Part shown: positions 54,581 to 64,000 of the stretch, piece after piece
Layout: every line of letters starts with the position of its first letter
Position numbering within the stretch: position 1 is the stretch's first letter
Source: a virus
Taxonomy: Duplodnaviria > Heunggongvirae > Uroviricota > Caudoviricetes
IMG/VR virus record: IMGVR_UViG_3300014208_000030
Location: 104,076 to 168,075 of that record
Length of the DNA: 64,000 bases
Direction: 5' to 3' (one strand)
Notes under the pieces: generated by a model
Told to the model about the DNA's origin: nothing
Databases searched by the model: none
The model's input: the letters and a program-made list of their open reading frames with translations, nothing else
Translations under genes and position numbers: made by a program

Positions 54581-55606
54581 ATGACAGGATCAGCATCATC
54601 TTTTCAAGCATTAAGAAATCGCGCATTAACATCTCCATTGTCTGGCGCAAAGACTCTCAGTGACCAATCCGGCGAATCTACTACCAAAAATTACGACGAC
54701 GAACGGTATTGGAAACTAGCTCGCAGTGCGGATGGCAACGGTGCCGCAGTAATTCGTTTTCTTGATGTTGGCGAAAAAGACTCTGGTGACAAAAACAATC
54801 TTCCATTTGTTAAAATCTATGATCACGCTTTCGCTGTTCTTGGCGGCAAAGTAGTACCGGCAAAAACAGCTGGCGCAAAATGGTACATCGAGAAATCATT
54901 GTCAACATTTGGCTTTGCAGAACAGGATATCGTAGGCATCAAGAATTCTGAGTTGTGGAACAGTGGCCTTGAATCGGACAAAGAGATTGCCCGTTCACGC
55001 AAACGTCGACTGAGATTCACATCAAACATTTTGGTCATCAACGATCCAGCAAATCCAGAAAACAACGGCAAATGCTTCCTGTTCGAGTACGGCAAACAAA
55101 TTGCCGACATGATCGACGAAGTGAAATGCCCAGCAGAAGACCCACTGGCTCTTGAGCCTGTTGTTGGATATGATCCATTCTGTTTCTGGAAAGGTGCAAA
55201 CTTTACGCTTAAAATCCGTAACAAAGAAGGCACCGGCAAGGACGTCTACCCATCATACGACAAGTCTGCATTCCAAGCACCCACCCCATTATTCGGCGGT
55301 GATGATGCAAAGATTGAGGCATTATGGAGCGAGTTATATTCTCTACAAGAATTACTCGACCGGAAGCATTTCAAGACTCAAGAGGAATTGAAAAAGCGCT
55401 TCGAGTACGTATATGGAATTACATCTGCTGCTCCGGCAGAAGCACCGGCTCCGACACAGGAAGCTGCTGACGAAGATGTACCGATGTTTGCCGACAAGAC
55501 TGCACCAAAGCCAAAGAAAGAAGAAGCTGCAGCACCGTTTAGTCTCGATGACGATGACGATGACCTGAAGTTTTTCGCTGACTTAGCTGGCGGTTCTGAC
55601 GAGTAA
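54581..55606 (+). CDS. 32: single-stranded DNA-binding protein gp32
   Basis: Recalled alignment to T4 gp32: WKLARSADGNGAAVIRFL vs WKLKLDNAGNGQAVIRFL; ILVINDPANPENNGKCFLFEYGKQI vs [25 protein letters not shown]; acidic C-terminal tail DDDDDDL. Confidence 0.9.
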   Translation: MTGSASSFQALRNRALTSPLSGAKTLSDQSGESTTKNYDDERYWKLARSADGNGAAVIRFLDVGEKDSGDKNNLPFVKIYDHAFAVLGGKVVPAKTAGAKWYIEKSLSTFGFAEQDIVGIKNSELWNSGLESDKEIARSRKRRLRFTSNILVINDPANPENNGKCFLFEYGKQIADMIDEVKCPAEDPLALEPVVGYDPFCFWKGANFTLKIRNKEGTGKDVYPSYDKSAFQAPTPLFGGDDAKIEALWSELYSLQELLDRKHFKTQEELKKRFEYVYGITSAAPAEAPAPTQEAADEDVPMFADKTAPKPKKEEAAAPFSLDDDDDDLKFFADLAGGSDE

Positions 55607-55677
55607 AACTTCTTTTGTATAAATAGAAGTAGGATATAGGAATTGGAACAAGGAAGTTCCGTAACATGGAAGTTAAA

Positions 55678-55712
55678 AGCCTCACAATTAAAAACTGTGA
55701 GGCTTTTTTTTG
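55678..55712. terminator. bidirectional rho-independent terminator (9-bp stem agcctcaca/tgtgaggct, T8 / A-rich)
   Basis: between convergent genes 32 and 55714-57633. Confidence 0.8.
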
Positions 55713-55713
55713 A

Positions 55714-57633
55714 CTAATTTATGACGAACCCTTGGCCGATCATTGTGCTTGATAGGCTAAGTCTGCGCAGGAACTCTGCTGTGGTATCCGGATTCCGTGT
55801 TGATAGCCGTATACCAGAATCGCCTCCACCGGCCTGAATGTTGTTGGTTGTGCTAGATGACTGAACAACAGTTGCTGCATCATCTTGTTTCTTCTCTCTC
55901 AATGTGCGCACTTCCTCATTTCTTTCTTGTGATGCTTCCAGCTGTCTGGTCATAGGTGTTACACCAGTTTTGGCAACCTTGAGCTTGGTCTGTCGCGCAA
56001 TATCAATATCATGCTTAATGAGCCATGCATCTGCACCAATAGAGGCTGCTGTGCCAATACCAGGTACTGTAGAAGCCAAACCAGAACCAACCTCTGCGGC
56101 AGCACCTTTATAGTCGCCGTGCATGGCTCTGTTTATGCCAAAACCAATACCGGCAGCCGCCCCAATAAACGGCACCTTCTTGAGTATGGATTTGCCTAAT
56201 GTTTTGGCAATACCTTTCGAACCAGCCTTTGCGCCAACTTTGGCGGCAATTTTGGATGCTGCACCTTTTGTCACATCCTTTGCAGTATCGGCAGCAGCGC
56301 CAACATAGGGCGCAGCTTTCTTCATTGCTGTGCCAACAGAGGCAACAAGCACTTTAGAAGATGCTGCCGCGGCCTTGGCTACAGGCAGTAGTGCATTCCG
56401 CGCCTTTGCCGTAGCCTGTGCGCCAGCGTTGATTAGTGCCATCGCCTTCGGTGATTTGGCGACAAACGATTTTAGTTTTGCAACATCCCGAGGAACCTGA
56501 TTCTTCAATGCAGCAGTAACAATTTGACCAGCGGCCTTGGCCTTAGCAATATCCCTCGGAACCTGTGCTCGCAAGGCCTTTCCGACAATACCAGAGCCAG
56601 CCTTAACTGCTTTTGCTGCAGCCGCAAGCATTGGTCTAGTCTTTGCCGCAACAACCTTACCAATAGACTTGGCAACGAGTGCACTTTTGGCAGCAGTTAC
56701 TGCAGCCTTTGCTTGGGTTGCCTTGGCACCGGCAGCAACCACCGGCTTCACTTTAGACACAACCTTGGCAGCTTCCTTGACAACTGTTTTGCCCACATCG
56801 GCGGCTTTGGCGCCAGCACCTTTTAGGAAGTCCATTGCGCCAACAGCCAGCTTAGACATCCCAGTGCCCAATGTAGTTGCCACAGATTTGCCGATATTCA
56901 AAATAACCGATGCAATACCACCCAATAGTTTTGTTGCGCCACTAACAAGACCAACAACAGCTAATTTTCCTACTGTCAGAATAGCGCCAGCAACACCACC
57001 CAGTATCGACTTGGTAGCACCAACAACTGAGGCAACCAACCCACCAACCAGTGCTCCGGCAGTAACGCCAAGCAATCCTGTTGCCAGATGCTTTGCCAAG
57101 TCTGATGTGAACCCTTTGCCGCTAGCCATTGATCTTGATGATCGCTTGCGAGTAGGTGCATTAACTCCTTGTTTAAGTGCAAGTTTTTTAAGCAACCTGA
57201 CGACTTCGGATTGCCATGCTGCAGTAGATGAGAGATGTCTCTGGGAGACAATCTTCTCTTTTGAGTCACCAGCAACCGCCAACATCGGGGATGCCTTTGG
57301 TACTGCTGTGGTACCAACTGGTTTTGTCGCTTTGTCCAGTTTCTTCGCAATAGACTTCAAATGCTTCTCTGAGTGTATCGCAATCCCCTTTACGATGGAT
57401 TGGATAGTTTTCAGTGAAGCATTCATCTCGCGCAGATTTTTGTTATCTGTACTTCCGGAGCTCTTTCCTTCTGGCTTTTCTTTGGCGGCAGATTCCTCCG
57501 TAGCCGCGCCACGCGCCAGCCGCTGCTGTACCTGATGGGCAAGATATTCAGAACGAGATTTGAATTCGTTTTCGCGAACTCCCTCGTTTATAGTTTTCAT
57601 TTTGCCCGATGCGGCACTCAGCCCTTCTGCCAT
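55714..57633 (-). CDS. Ala/Lys/Gly-rich low-complexity protein with Gly-zipper hydrophobic core (tape-measure / gp29-like?)
   Basis: 639 aa; repeats AAKAVKAGSGIVGKALRAQVPRDIAKAKAAGQIVTAALKNQVPRDVAKLK; hydrophobic GLLGVTAGALVGGLVASVVGA...; assignment to gp29 is tentative. Confidence 0.45.
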   Translation of the reverse strand: MAEGLSAASGKMKTINEGVRENEFKSRSEYLAHQVQQRLARGAATEESAAKEKPEGKSSGSTDNKNLREMNASLKTIQSIVKGIAIHSEKHLKSIAKKLDKATKPVGTTAVPKASPMLAVAGDSKEKIVSQRHLSSTAAWQSEVVRLLKKLALKQGVNAPTRKRSSRSMASGKGFTSDLAKHLATGLLGVTAGALVGGLVASVVGATKSILGGVAGAILTVGKLAVVGLVSGATKLLGGIASVILNIGKSVATTLGTGMSKLAVGAMDFLKGAGAKAADVGKTVVKEAAKVVSKVKPVVAAGAKATQAKAAVTAAKSALVAKSIGKVVAAKTRPMLAAAAKAVKAGSGIVGKALRAQVPRDIAKAKAAGQIVTAALKNQVPRDVAKLKSFVAKSPKAMALINAGAQATAKARNALLPVAKAAAASSKVLVASVGTAMKKAAPYVGAAADTAKDVTKGAASKIAAKVGAKAGSKGIAKTLGKSILKKVPFIGAAAGIGFGINRAMHGDYKGAAAEVGSGLASTVPGIGTAASIGADAWLIKHDIDIARQTKLKVAKTGVTPMTRQLEASQERNEEVRTLREKKQDDAATVVQSSSTTNNIQAGGGDSGIRLSTRNPDTTAEFLRRLSLSSTMIGQGFVIN

Positions 57634-57840
57634 GTCAATTCCTTAGTTATAAATTAGATTGTTGCCGTCATTGCTCATTTCGTCTATTGTCCTGCTCAAT
57701 GTGTTCTATTAGGAGAGCGACATATACATCTCTCTCCCAAGGTGCGAGATTTTCTATCGCATCCAGATTCCAGCCATGTGCATGCATTAAGTTAAAATTT
57801 AATTTGTAAAAATTAGATAGACTGTTATAACTTAATGCTA

Positions 57841-58560
57841 CTAAAAAAGTTCCTGTATTCCTTTTACGAGGTACTTGTTCTCATGTTGGCAATGTGGGCA
57901 TGTAAACTCGATGGTTTCGCTGATAGTTGGCATCTCGGTAAAGAACTCCTTGATATCACCCAGTTGCTTACCGGTAAGGCTATCGAAGAAGTCATAGATT
58001 TCTTCCTTGGTCTGGTCTTTCAGGTAATAGACACCATCTTCGTCATAGATGTATTCGGCATGCATCGCAATAGCATCATAGATAGCATTCGCCTCAGCGG
58101 TACCATCTGCATCCTCAATGACTGCGACGTAGTCGTAGGTACCAATAGTTGGGTATGTCAGCTTGATACCAATCGTATCGGAAAACTTCACCACATCGGC
58201 ACCCTTAACAACAACAGGTACGGCAATGTCATAGATGTTGGTTTTGTAGGCAATCTCTTCTTGGCAGTTTTCGCACATCACATCCAGATTAAGGATTTCG
58301 CCGACAGATTTTGCGATTATATTTAAAAATAAGAACTCAACATCATATATGGGTGCTGTCTCAGCATTGACCGTGCCTTCTGTGCAGTTTGCGATGATCT
58401 GCTTCAGCGACATGTTAATCTGGGCTGGGTCTTCCGACTGCATTGCCAGCAACAATATTTTCTCTTCCTTGCCCAGAAATCCTCTGTATGTTGCCATTTT
58501 GCCGGTAGACGGCAGGGCAATTTCATATAAAGGAACTGCGACGCGGGGTAATTTGCTCAT
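57841..58560 (-). CDS. hypothetical virion/assembly protein (239 aa) with C-terminal CPHCQHEN Zn motif
   Basis: ORF in the baseplate/head-completion cluster. Confidence 0.45.
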   Translation of the reverse strand: MSKLPRVAVPLYEIALPSTGKMATYRGFLGKEEKILLLAMQSEDPAQINMSLKQIIANCTEGTVNAETAPIYDVEFLFLNIIAKSVGEILNLDVMCENCQEEIAYKTNIYDIAVPVVVKGADVVKFSDTIGIKLTYPTIGTYDYVAVIEDADGTAEANAIYDAIAMHAEYIYDEDGVYYLKDQTKEEIYDFFDSLTGKQLGDIKEFFTEMPTISETIEFTCPHCQHENKYLVKGIQELF

Positions 58561-58598
58561 AATATTTCTCTCTGTTAATAATATTAATATTTAGTCGA

Positions 58599-59336
58599 TT
58601 ATTGTGCGTTTTTATTTGATATGGCGCCCAGGACAACAGGCAAAACCTTGTTGATTGCGCCCATAGTCTCGCTTGAAAGAATATCACCCAAAAGGTTGTC
58701 TTGGCCTTCTGCCGAGTACTGGAAGTCGAGTCTATGCCAGAAACGGTAGGTGAATGATACCGGCAACCTATGCGCAGTTGAGCCATGATAGGAGAGCTGC
58801 AGAGGATAGGTAGAATTCGGGAAACATTCCAGCACCTGAATGCCATAGGTTTCTATATCATTCCGGTCAAGCTGGAATATAGATATTGATGTAGAATATT
58901 GGTCTCTAAAATTTACGGCACCGGTATGTGGATTAATAATGGATGCGGCCCAGTCATCAAAGAATTTTTTTGCCGTCATCTCTTGCTCCAACAAGAAGAA
59001 CAGGAACAGTTCTCCAAATTGGACGCGTGTTGGCGCATTGACTTTGGCACCAGTTATATAGGTGCTCTTGACTTCAAATTTAGATGATGGGAATTCCGCA
59101 GATTCGCACAATAGCGACAGGGTTTTACCATACCCAGAATAGGCATTGCGCAAGGATATCGGAATCTTTATATCCACTCGGTAGCGATTATGAGTCGCAA
59201 CGCTGTGCTCTTTTATGTGGGCAATGAAATCGCTCAATCCTTGGCGTTTCGGTTTATTATCTTCCCCAAATGAGAATAGTACTTTGTTATCTAGTTTTAC
59301 TTGCATTATGCTCCATGCCCCATCGAATCTGACCAA
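58599..59336 (-). CDS. hypothetical structural protein (245 aa)
   Basis: ORF. Confidence 0.45.
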   Translation of the reverse strand: MVRFDGAWSIMQVKLDNKVLFSFGEDNKPKRQGLSDFIAHIKEHSVATHNRYRVDIKIPISLRNAYSGYGKTLSLLCESAEFPSSKFEVKSTYITGAKVNAPTRVQFGELFLFFLLEQEMTAKKFFDDWAASIINPHTGAVNFRDQYSTSISIFQLDRNDIETYGIQVLECFPNSTYPLQLSYHGSTAHRLPVSFTYRFWHRLDFQYSAEGQDNLLGDILSSETMGAINKVLPVVLGAISNKNAQ

Positions 59337-59923
59337 ACTTTGCTTGCAGAGAAGCCACGACCTTTCGATCTGAAATCCTGAACCGGTAACATAACACTCA
59401 GTAGCCAGTCGGAAGGATGAATTTTTAGAAACGTACCACCATTAAGCGGCATCACATGCCCATAGAGGTATTTGTGAATCGTCGGCTTCAGCAATGTAAA
59501 CTGAGCCGCACCTTTCAGTGATTGATAATCCATAGACAGTTTAGTGTCCTTGCTGAGCCTCCTAGCGGTCGATATCTCATCATTGCGCATAAGTTCCTTG
59601 AGTAATGCCCAACGTGCCTCTGGTGGCAGATAATGGAGGTTAAAACCGGTATATGAAGTGTTATCCCAACCAAATGGAAGCACGATTGGAAATGCATCCC
59701 AGTATGGGAGAGTATCCTTGAATTTTGCGTCATATACGAACATGTACATCGAACCAATCTCCAGCCTTGGTGTGATCATGCTCTTGTACTGAGTCAGTTT
59801 ATTCTTGGTTAACAGACCACGGCTTTTGACAATATTGATCTGATCTTTATACCACTGCATGCTTCTGATACGGCTCCCAGCGTTATTACTGATCTCCGTA
59901 AATATGTCTATCCGTTTAGTCAT
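59306..59923 (-). CDS. hypothetical structural protein (205 aa), possibly gp2/gp3-family
   Basis: position between gp4-like and other late genes mirrors T4 3-2-4 order; sequence evidence weak. Confidence 0.4.
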   Translation of the reverse strand: MTKRIDIFTEISNNAGSRIRSMQWYKDQINIVKSRGLLTKNKLTQYKSMITPRLEIGSMYMFVYDAKFKDTLPYWDAFPIVLPFGWDNTSYTGFNLHYLPPEARWALLKELMRNDEISTARRLSKDTKLSMDYQSLKGAAQFTLLKPTIHKYLYGHVMPLNGGTFLKIHPSDWLLSVMLPVQDFRSKGRGFSASKVWSDSMGHGA

Positions 59924-60357
59924 ATTATTTTTAGTCCTAGGGCTCTTAGTTCGTGTTCAGTCCAAATTTCAAATATCATGCCATTCTTTGCGCATAGTTC
60001 TCTGGCAGCAGCCCATTTGGATGTGTTCTTGATATATGCAAAACACTCGTTCACATATCGTTTAGTTTTTCGTTTCGGCACCTTTGGCTCACTACATTGG
60101 CGTTTTGGTTTCACTTCTACCAACATTTTGTGCCCAGTTCGCCAGAGGATATAGAAATCGACTAGGTATCTGTGTTCTCTCCCATCGGTGCCGCAGACAT
60201 ATTTGATCGGTACTTCAGATGCCCATTGAGTGACTGCAGCATTGCTGTCTAGCCAGCGCATCAATTGCCTTTCCCATAATGATAAAAATCTGATCTTATC
60301 CGGATTACCAAGATATTTCGAGAGGTTTCTCGGATAAAATTTTCCCTTATATGCCAT
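59920..60357 (-). CDS. 4: head completion protein gp4-like (145 aa)
   Basis: size, position divergent from gp53-gp5 cluster, and blocks SLWERQLM / VEVKP / IWTEHEL resemble T4 gp4 family as recalled. Confidence 0.5.
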   Translation of the reverse strand: MAYKGKFYPRNLSKYLGNPDKIRFLSLWERQLMRWLDSNAAVTQWASEVPIKYVCGTDGREHRYLVDFYILWRTGHKMLVEVKPKRQCSEPKVPKRKTKRYVNECFAYIKNTSKWAAARELCAKNGMIFEIWTEHELRALGLKII

Positions 60358-60365
60358 TAGATGAG

Positions 60366-60398
60366 TATAAATATAGAAAAGTAATACTACTATTTATA
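60366..60398. promoter_or_regulatory. divergent pair of late promoters: TATAAATA 60366-60373 (+) and TATAAATA on - strand 60391-60398
   Basis: both boxes within the 53-bp gap between gene 4-like (-) and 60411 (+). Confidence 0.65.
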
Positions 60399-60410
60399 TA
60401 GGGATAGGCA

Positions 60411-61517
60411 ATGGCGGGAAATCTGGGAAATACCATACTGGACGCGGTAACTGGTCGTGGCAGTAATGATGCGGTTGGCGTTTTGGTATATCCACCGCGC
60501 CTCAATGAAAGCAATCAGGTAAACACCATCCACTTCTATATTAATGGCATCGAGGATGTTGGTTTTGAGGCTGGCAACACAGGCTCCCAGCGCATGGCAA
60601 CAAAAGGTGCCGCTATAGCCAAGCGGACAATGGGCGGTGCACGGGAACTTACCGATGATGTGCATGATTCACTTAGCAGCCTGAGCGGCAGTAGCTTAGG
60701 TGCCGCAACCAATAAATTCTTTGGTGCTGTTGGAGATTCATTTAGCGGACTGGGTAGTGCCGCTACTGGGGCTGCGCATGCCATCGGCGATGATGTGACT
60801 TCATTTATGGAGAATGCTGGCAGCGCAGCAAACTTAAAGAATAAAGTTACCAGATTAAAGACCCATATTGTCTTACCTATGCCAGAGCATGGTGTGTCGG
60901 CAAAATATGGGATCAGCTATGATAGCACAGACATGGGATTGTTGGGTGCACTGGGTAATGCCGTAGCATCAGGCCAGAGTGTATCTGACTTTGCCAAGAA
61001 CAGTACAAGTGCACTTACCCGTGCTGCACTGGGCGGTGTTACCGAATTTGTTGGCGACAGGCATATTGGTGGGGTGAAGGCTGTTGGTGATCCGAATGGT
61101 TTCTTGAATGCTACTACCAGACAGACACTGAATCCACGCAAAGAGCAGTTGTTTACAGGTGTTGATTACCGACAGTTCTCGTACGAGTTCACAATGACTC
61201 CGGCCACGCCGGAAGAGTGTGTAACGGTGCGAAACATCATCTACACATTCAAGAAACATGCCCATCCCAGTTTGGAACTTAACGGCTTCTATTACAAATA
61301 CCCGAGTGAATTCCAAATTGAATATAACTTCGAGGGAAGTAAGAATCCGTGGCTGAACAATATCTCACCATGTGCACTGACGCACATTCATGTCAGCTAT
61401 GGTCACGGTGGGTGGTCAACGCTGGTCAACGGCTCGCCCACTGTTATCAGTCTCCGGCTACACTTCTTAGAGCTGCAACCACTAACGCGTCAGTTGGTAG
61501 AGCAAAACAAATATTAA
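60411..61517 (+). CDS. baseplate / tail-tube-associated structural protein (368 aa; gp48/gp54-like?)
   Basis: late promoter; Gly/Ala/Ser-rich N-half, beta-rich C-half; located upstream of gp53-gp27-gp5. Confidence 0.45.
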   Translation: MAGNLGNTILDAVTGRGSNDAVGVLVYPPRLNESNQVNTIHFYINGIEDVGFEAGNTGSQRMATKGAAIAKRTMGGARELTDDVHDSLSSLSGSSLGAATNKFFGAVGDSFSGLGSAATGAAHAIGDDVTSFMENAGSAANLKNKVTRLKTHIVLPMPEHGVSAKYGISYDSTDMGLLGALGNAVASGQSVSDFAKNSTSALTRAALGGVTEFVGDRHIGGVKAVGDPNGFLNATTRQTLNPRKEQLFTGVDYRQFSYEFTMTPATPEECVTVRNIIYTFKKHAHPSLELNGFYYKYPSEFQIEYNFEGSKNPWLNNISPCALTHIHVSYGHGGWSTLVNGSPTVISLRLHFLELQPLTRQLVEQNKY

Positions 61518-61526
61518 GGAAGAATA

Positions 61527-62096
61527 ATGTCAGAGTATTTTCAAAAGTTTCCGCTGGTCAAATATAACTTCGCAATAGCGGGCGAGGCAACGAGAGAGTA
61601 TCTAGTTACGGATATACTCCGACGCGTCAAGATATCCAATATGGACATCAGGGCGGCAGGTGCATTTGACATATATACAATAACAGAGGGAGATACTCCG
61701 GAGATAGTGTCGGACAAATATTACGGCACACCCTATTACCATTGGTTAATCCTTATGGTTAATGATGTTATCTATGGGCTGGATGGATTCCCGAAGGCAC
61801 AGTATGACCTTGAGCAGTATTGCATAGCCAAGTATGGCGAAATCGGTATGTATGGCACCCACCACTACGAAGATGCAGCTGGCAGTCAGGTTAATGCAAT
61901 TGTGGTTGGTGAGAGCCTCAATGTATTTGATCCGGTAACGATGACTTGGGTGCTGTCGCCAATCAGCACATATACTAATGTGAGTAACTATGAATATGAA
62001 GAACATTTGAATGAGAACAAGCGCATGATATATTTACTGAAGCCCGTGTTTGTTTCGGCTGTTGTTGACGAAGTATCAAGGCTAATGGCACTATAA
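61527..62096 (+). CDS. 53: baseplate wedge protein gp53
   Basis: GTPYYHWLILMVNDVIYGLDGFPKAQ vs T4 gp53 GNPQLYWVLLMCNDNYDPYYGWITSQ (recalled). Confidence 0.65.
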   Translation: MSEYFQKFPLVKYNFAIAGEATREYLVTDILRRVKISNMDIRAAGAFDIYTITEGDTPEIVSDKYYGTPYYHWLILMVNDVIYGLDGFPKAQYDLEQYCIAKYGEIGMYGTHHYEDAAGSQVNAIVVGESLNVFDPVTMTWVLSPISTYTNVSNYEYEEHLNENKRMIYLLKPVFVSAVVDEVSRLMAL

Positions 62097-63385
62097 TGGA
62101 AACCTTAGAGTTTGTAGGTCAGGTATTATTCAAGAAAGTAGTAATAACATCTGCTATCACCGATTTGTCTATAGATATTACCAGTATGATATTGGAGATG
62201 AATATCTATGAGGATTTGTTTTCGAATTATATGACCGGTACTATTACGGTATCGGATAGTATCGATTTAATAAACTATGTTCCTCTAGTTGGCGAAGAGA
62301 AATTAGAAATAGAATATAAGACACCCACTATGTCGGATGGTATTGGTCTGGTTAACAACAGGTTTTATATCCATAAAATATCAGACCGGATGCTCACCAA
62401 AGAAAATGCCCAAGTCTATATCATTCACTTTATGGCAGAAGAGGCATTTTCTGATTTGCATATGCGAATTGGGAAAGCATATAAAGGCCAGTATTCTGAG
62501 ATTGTTAAGAGACTGTTTTCCGAAGAGGATGCGCTCGGTGCTGCTGAGGATGTTATTAAAAAGTTTCGCGTAGAAGCAACATCCAATGCATTCAAGTTTG
62601 TAGTACCTGGGTGGTCACCACTGAAATGTATTAACTGGGTGGCATCGCGAAGCATATCGAATAAGTATAAGACAGCAAATTATGTGTTCTATCAGGATAC
62701 CCTTAAATATAATTTTGTCTCTCTCGATAGCCTGATGGATCAGGAGCCCTATATTACCTATATCAACAAAACGGTAAATACTCGCACCCTAGAAAATTCG
62801 GCAGACCTTAAGGGTGTTGCTGGGCTCCCATCGAAATACAGTATAGTCCGCAAAGCATCCGATGATGTATTGTTTGATACTGCAGACAGAATGATAAATG
62901 GTATGTATGCCGGTAAGATGATCAGTTATGATATTGTTGGCAAAAAAGTCAATATACAGTCATTTGACTATACTACTGAATTCGAAAAGACAAAACATTT
63001 AAACCCATACCCAGTAAATTCACCAAAATTTTTGCGAAACCCAAATAGCTTCGTCACCTATTATCCGACGCATTATTATATGCATGATGAATTTGATACC
63101 GATGATCCGGCAGCATGGGTACTACAAAGACGATCGCTGATGCAGCAATTAGACACCTATAAGGCAGAGATTGTGGTACCTGGGAGAACAGATATTCACG
63201 TAGGTCAAGTAATAACATATGAGTTCAATACTGTTCGTAGCCATAGCAATGATGAAGAGGCGGTAGAGACATTACATAAAGGTAATTATCTCATCACCGC
63301 AATAAATCATAGGTTCAGTGCCGGTGAGCATGAAATGTTACTAAGTATAGCTAAAGACTCAATTATAACCAAGTTAGGTAGATAA
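62096..63385 (+). CDS. 27: baseplate hub protein gp27
   Basis: YVFYQDTLKYNFVSLDSLMDQEPY vs T4 gp27 [25 protein letters not shown] (recalled); 429 aa; immediately upstream of gp5. Confidence 0.65.
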   Translation: METLEFVGQVLFKKVVITSAITDLSIDITSMILEMNIYEDLFSNYMTGTITVSDSIDLINYVPLVGEEKLEIEYKTPTMSDGIGLVNNRFYIHKISDRMLTKENAQVYIIHFMAEEAFSDLHMRIGKAYKGQYSEIVKRLFSEEDALGAAEDVIKKFRVEATSNAFKFVVPGWSPLKCINWVASRSISNKYKTANYVFYQDTLKYNFVSLDSLMDQEPYITYINKTVNTRTLENSADLKGVAGLPSKYSIVRKASDDVLFDTADRMINGMYAGKMISYDIVGKKVNIQSFDYTTEFEKTKHLNPYPVNSPKFLRNPNSFVTYYPTHYYMHDEFDTDDPAAWVLQRRSLMQQLDTYKAEIVVPGRTDIHVGQVITYEFNTVRSHSNDEEAVETLHKGNYLITAINHRFSAGEHEMLLSIAKDSIITKLGR

Positions 63386-63387
63386 AC

Positions 63388-64000
63388 ATGGCGGCAGCGA
63401 ATATATACATAGGCGTAGTTGAAGACAGGCACGACCCATTGATGCTAGGGAGGGTCAGAGTCAGGGTTATTGGCATCCATACAGATGACAAAACTACACT
63501 GCCAACTACAGATTTGCCGTGGGCGACAGTTATGGGTACCGTTACCAGTGCGGCACTATCTGGGGTCGGCGTTTCCCCGACCGGCATATTAGCTGGATCG
63601 TGGTGCGTAATCACGTTCCTGGATGGAAATTCATGTCAGATGCCGCTGATTCTCGGCACCTTCGGTGGTATTCCACAAGGTGGTGCCGCCCAAGACGCCA
63701 TAGGCGACACTACACCACAACCATTTTATAAGATCGGCGATAATGACTCTCCACTACCATCTACACCAGAGGAAGTCGCCAAATCAATACCACAAGATCA
63801 GGGTGGCGGTCAGATACCAGCAGTTCCGGATACCGACGCAGCAAAGGCAATTGGTCCGCTCGATGAGGACGATTACCTGAAATTAAGGGAAGCAATTGCC
63901 GCCCATGAGTCTAAGGGCAGTGGCGATTATCATGCGCTGAACAGGCTCGGCTACATCGGCAGATATCAGTTTGGCGCACCTGCGCTAGCCGATCAGGGAT
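63388..64000 (+). CDS. 5: baseplate central spike gp5-like, N-terminal OB domain + lytic transglycosylase/lysozyme-like domain (partial, runs off window)
   Basis: VGVVEDRHDPLMLGRVRVRVIGIHT OB-domain signature; ...HESKGSGDYHALNRLGYIGRYQFG resembles SLT ES...GxxGxxQ; frame open to window end. Confidence 0.65.
   Translation, partial: MAAANIYIGVVEDRHDPLMLGRVRVRVIGIHTDDKTTLPTTDLPWATVMGTVTSAALSGVGVSPTGILAGSWCVITFLDGNSCQMPLILGTFGGIPQGGAAQDAIGDTTPQPFYKIGDNDSPLPSTPEEVAKSIPQDQGGGQIPAVPDTDAAKAIGPLDEDDYLKLREAIAAHESKGSGDYHALNRLGYIGRYQFGAPALADQG

Noticed and set aside
56537-57535. 332-aa Ala/Pro/Thr-rich + strand ORF
   Set aside because: Antisense shadow of the low-complexity 55714-57633 gene; no RBS; opposite to local gene direction.

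Overview
This window is a 64-kb segment of a T4-like (Straboviridae / Tevenvirinae-type) virulent myophage genome, roughly 40% GC, with dense coding and no integration signals. All statements below are from by-eye reading; no tool was run.

The T4-like identity rests on recognisable homologues of gp32 SSB, UvsW helicase, gp55 late sigma factor, baseplate proteins gp53/gp27/gp5, a gp4-like head completion protein, and late promoters of the TATAAATA type. Map:
- 0.2-5.4 kb (+): an early-gene array of ten small ORFs, each behind a repeated sigma70-like promoter / stem-loop / leader cassette (PeSL-like).
- 5.45-6.9 kb: repeat-rich non-coding DNA around a small HNH-like ORF.
- 7.0-25.5 kb (-): an early/middle block containing a large HNH endonuclease with six tandem Cys/His repeats, a DHH phosphoesterase, small paralog families, a tandem segmental duplication, gp55, an NAD+-dependent DNA ligase (LigA) and an Rnl5-like RNA ligase.
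- 25.6-40.9 kb: late genes, including three receptor-binding / tail-fibre paralogs. They share a late promoter, an N-terminal ~90-aa domain and a 3' flank. Two carry SGNH/GDSL esterase domains, and one is split by a frameshift in a G6 tract.
- Same region (-): a UvsW helicase whose DECH motif is interrupted by a ~315-aa intein with a LAGLIDADG-like motif, plus a tandem structured non-coding repeat downstream of a strong sigma70 promoter.
- 41-50.3 kb (+): an accessory island with a NADAR-domain protein, a Pol-beta-type nucleotidyltransferase, a small membrane protein plus SPFH lipoprotein, and a Prs-like / Nampt-like gene pair (candidate NAD+ reconstitution or salvage module).
- 50.6-54.5 kb: a cluster of about nine tRNA or tRNA-like genes with dual sigma70 and late promoters, a C2H2-HNH endonuclease, and a repetitive AU-rich leader in front of gp32.
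- 54.6-64 kb: gp32, a low-complexity gp29-like protein, and a baseplate / head-completion cluster with divergent late promoters.

Several start codons in the supplied ORF track are TTG/GTG read as M and were re-set to the nearest plausible ATG.
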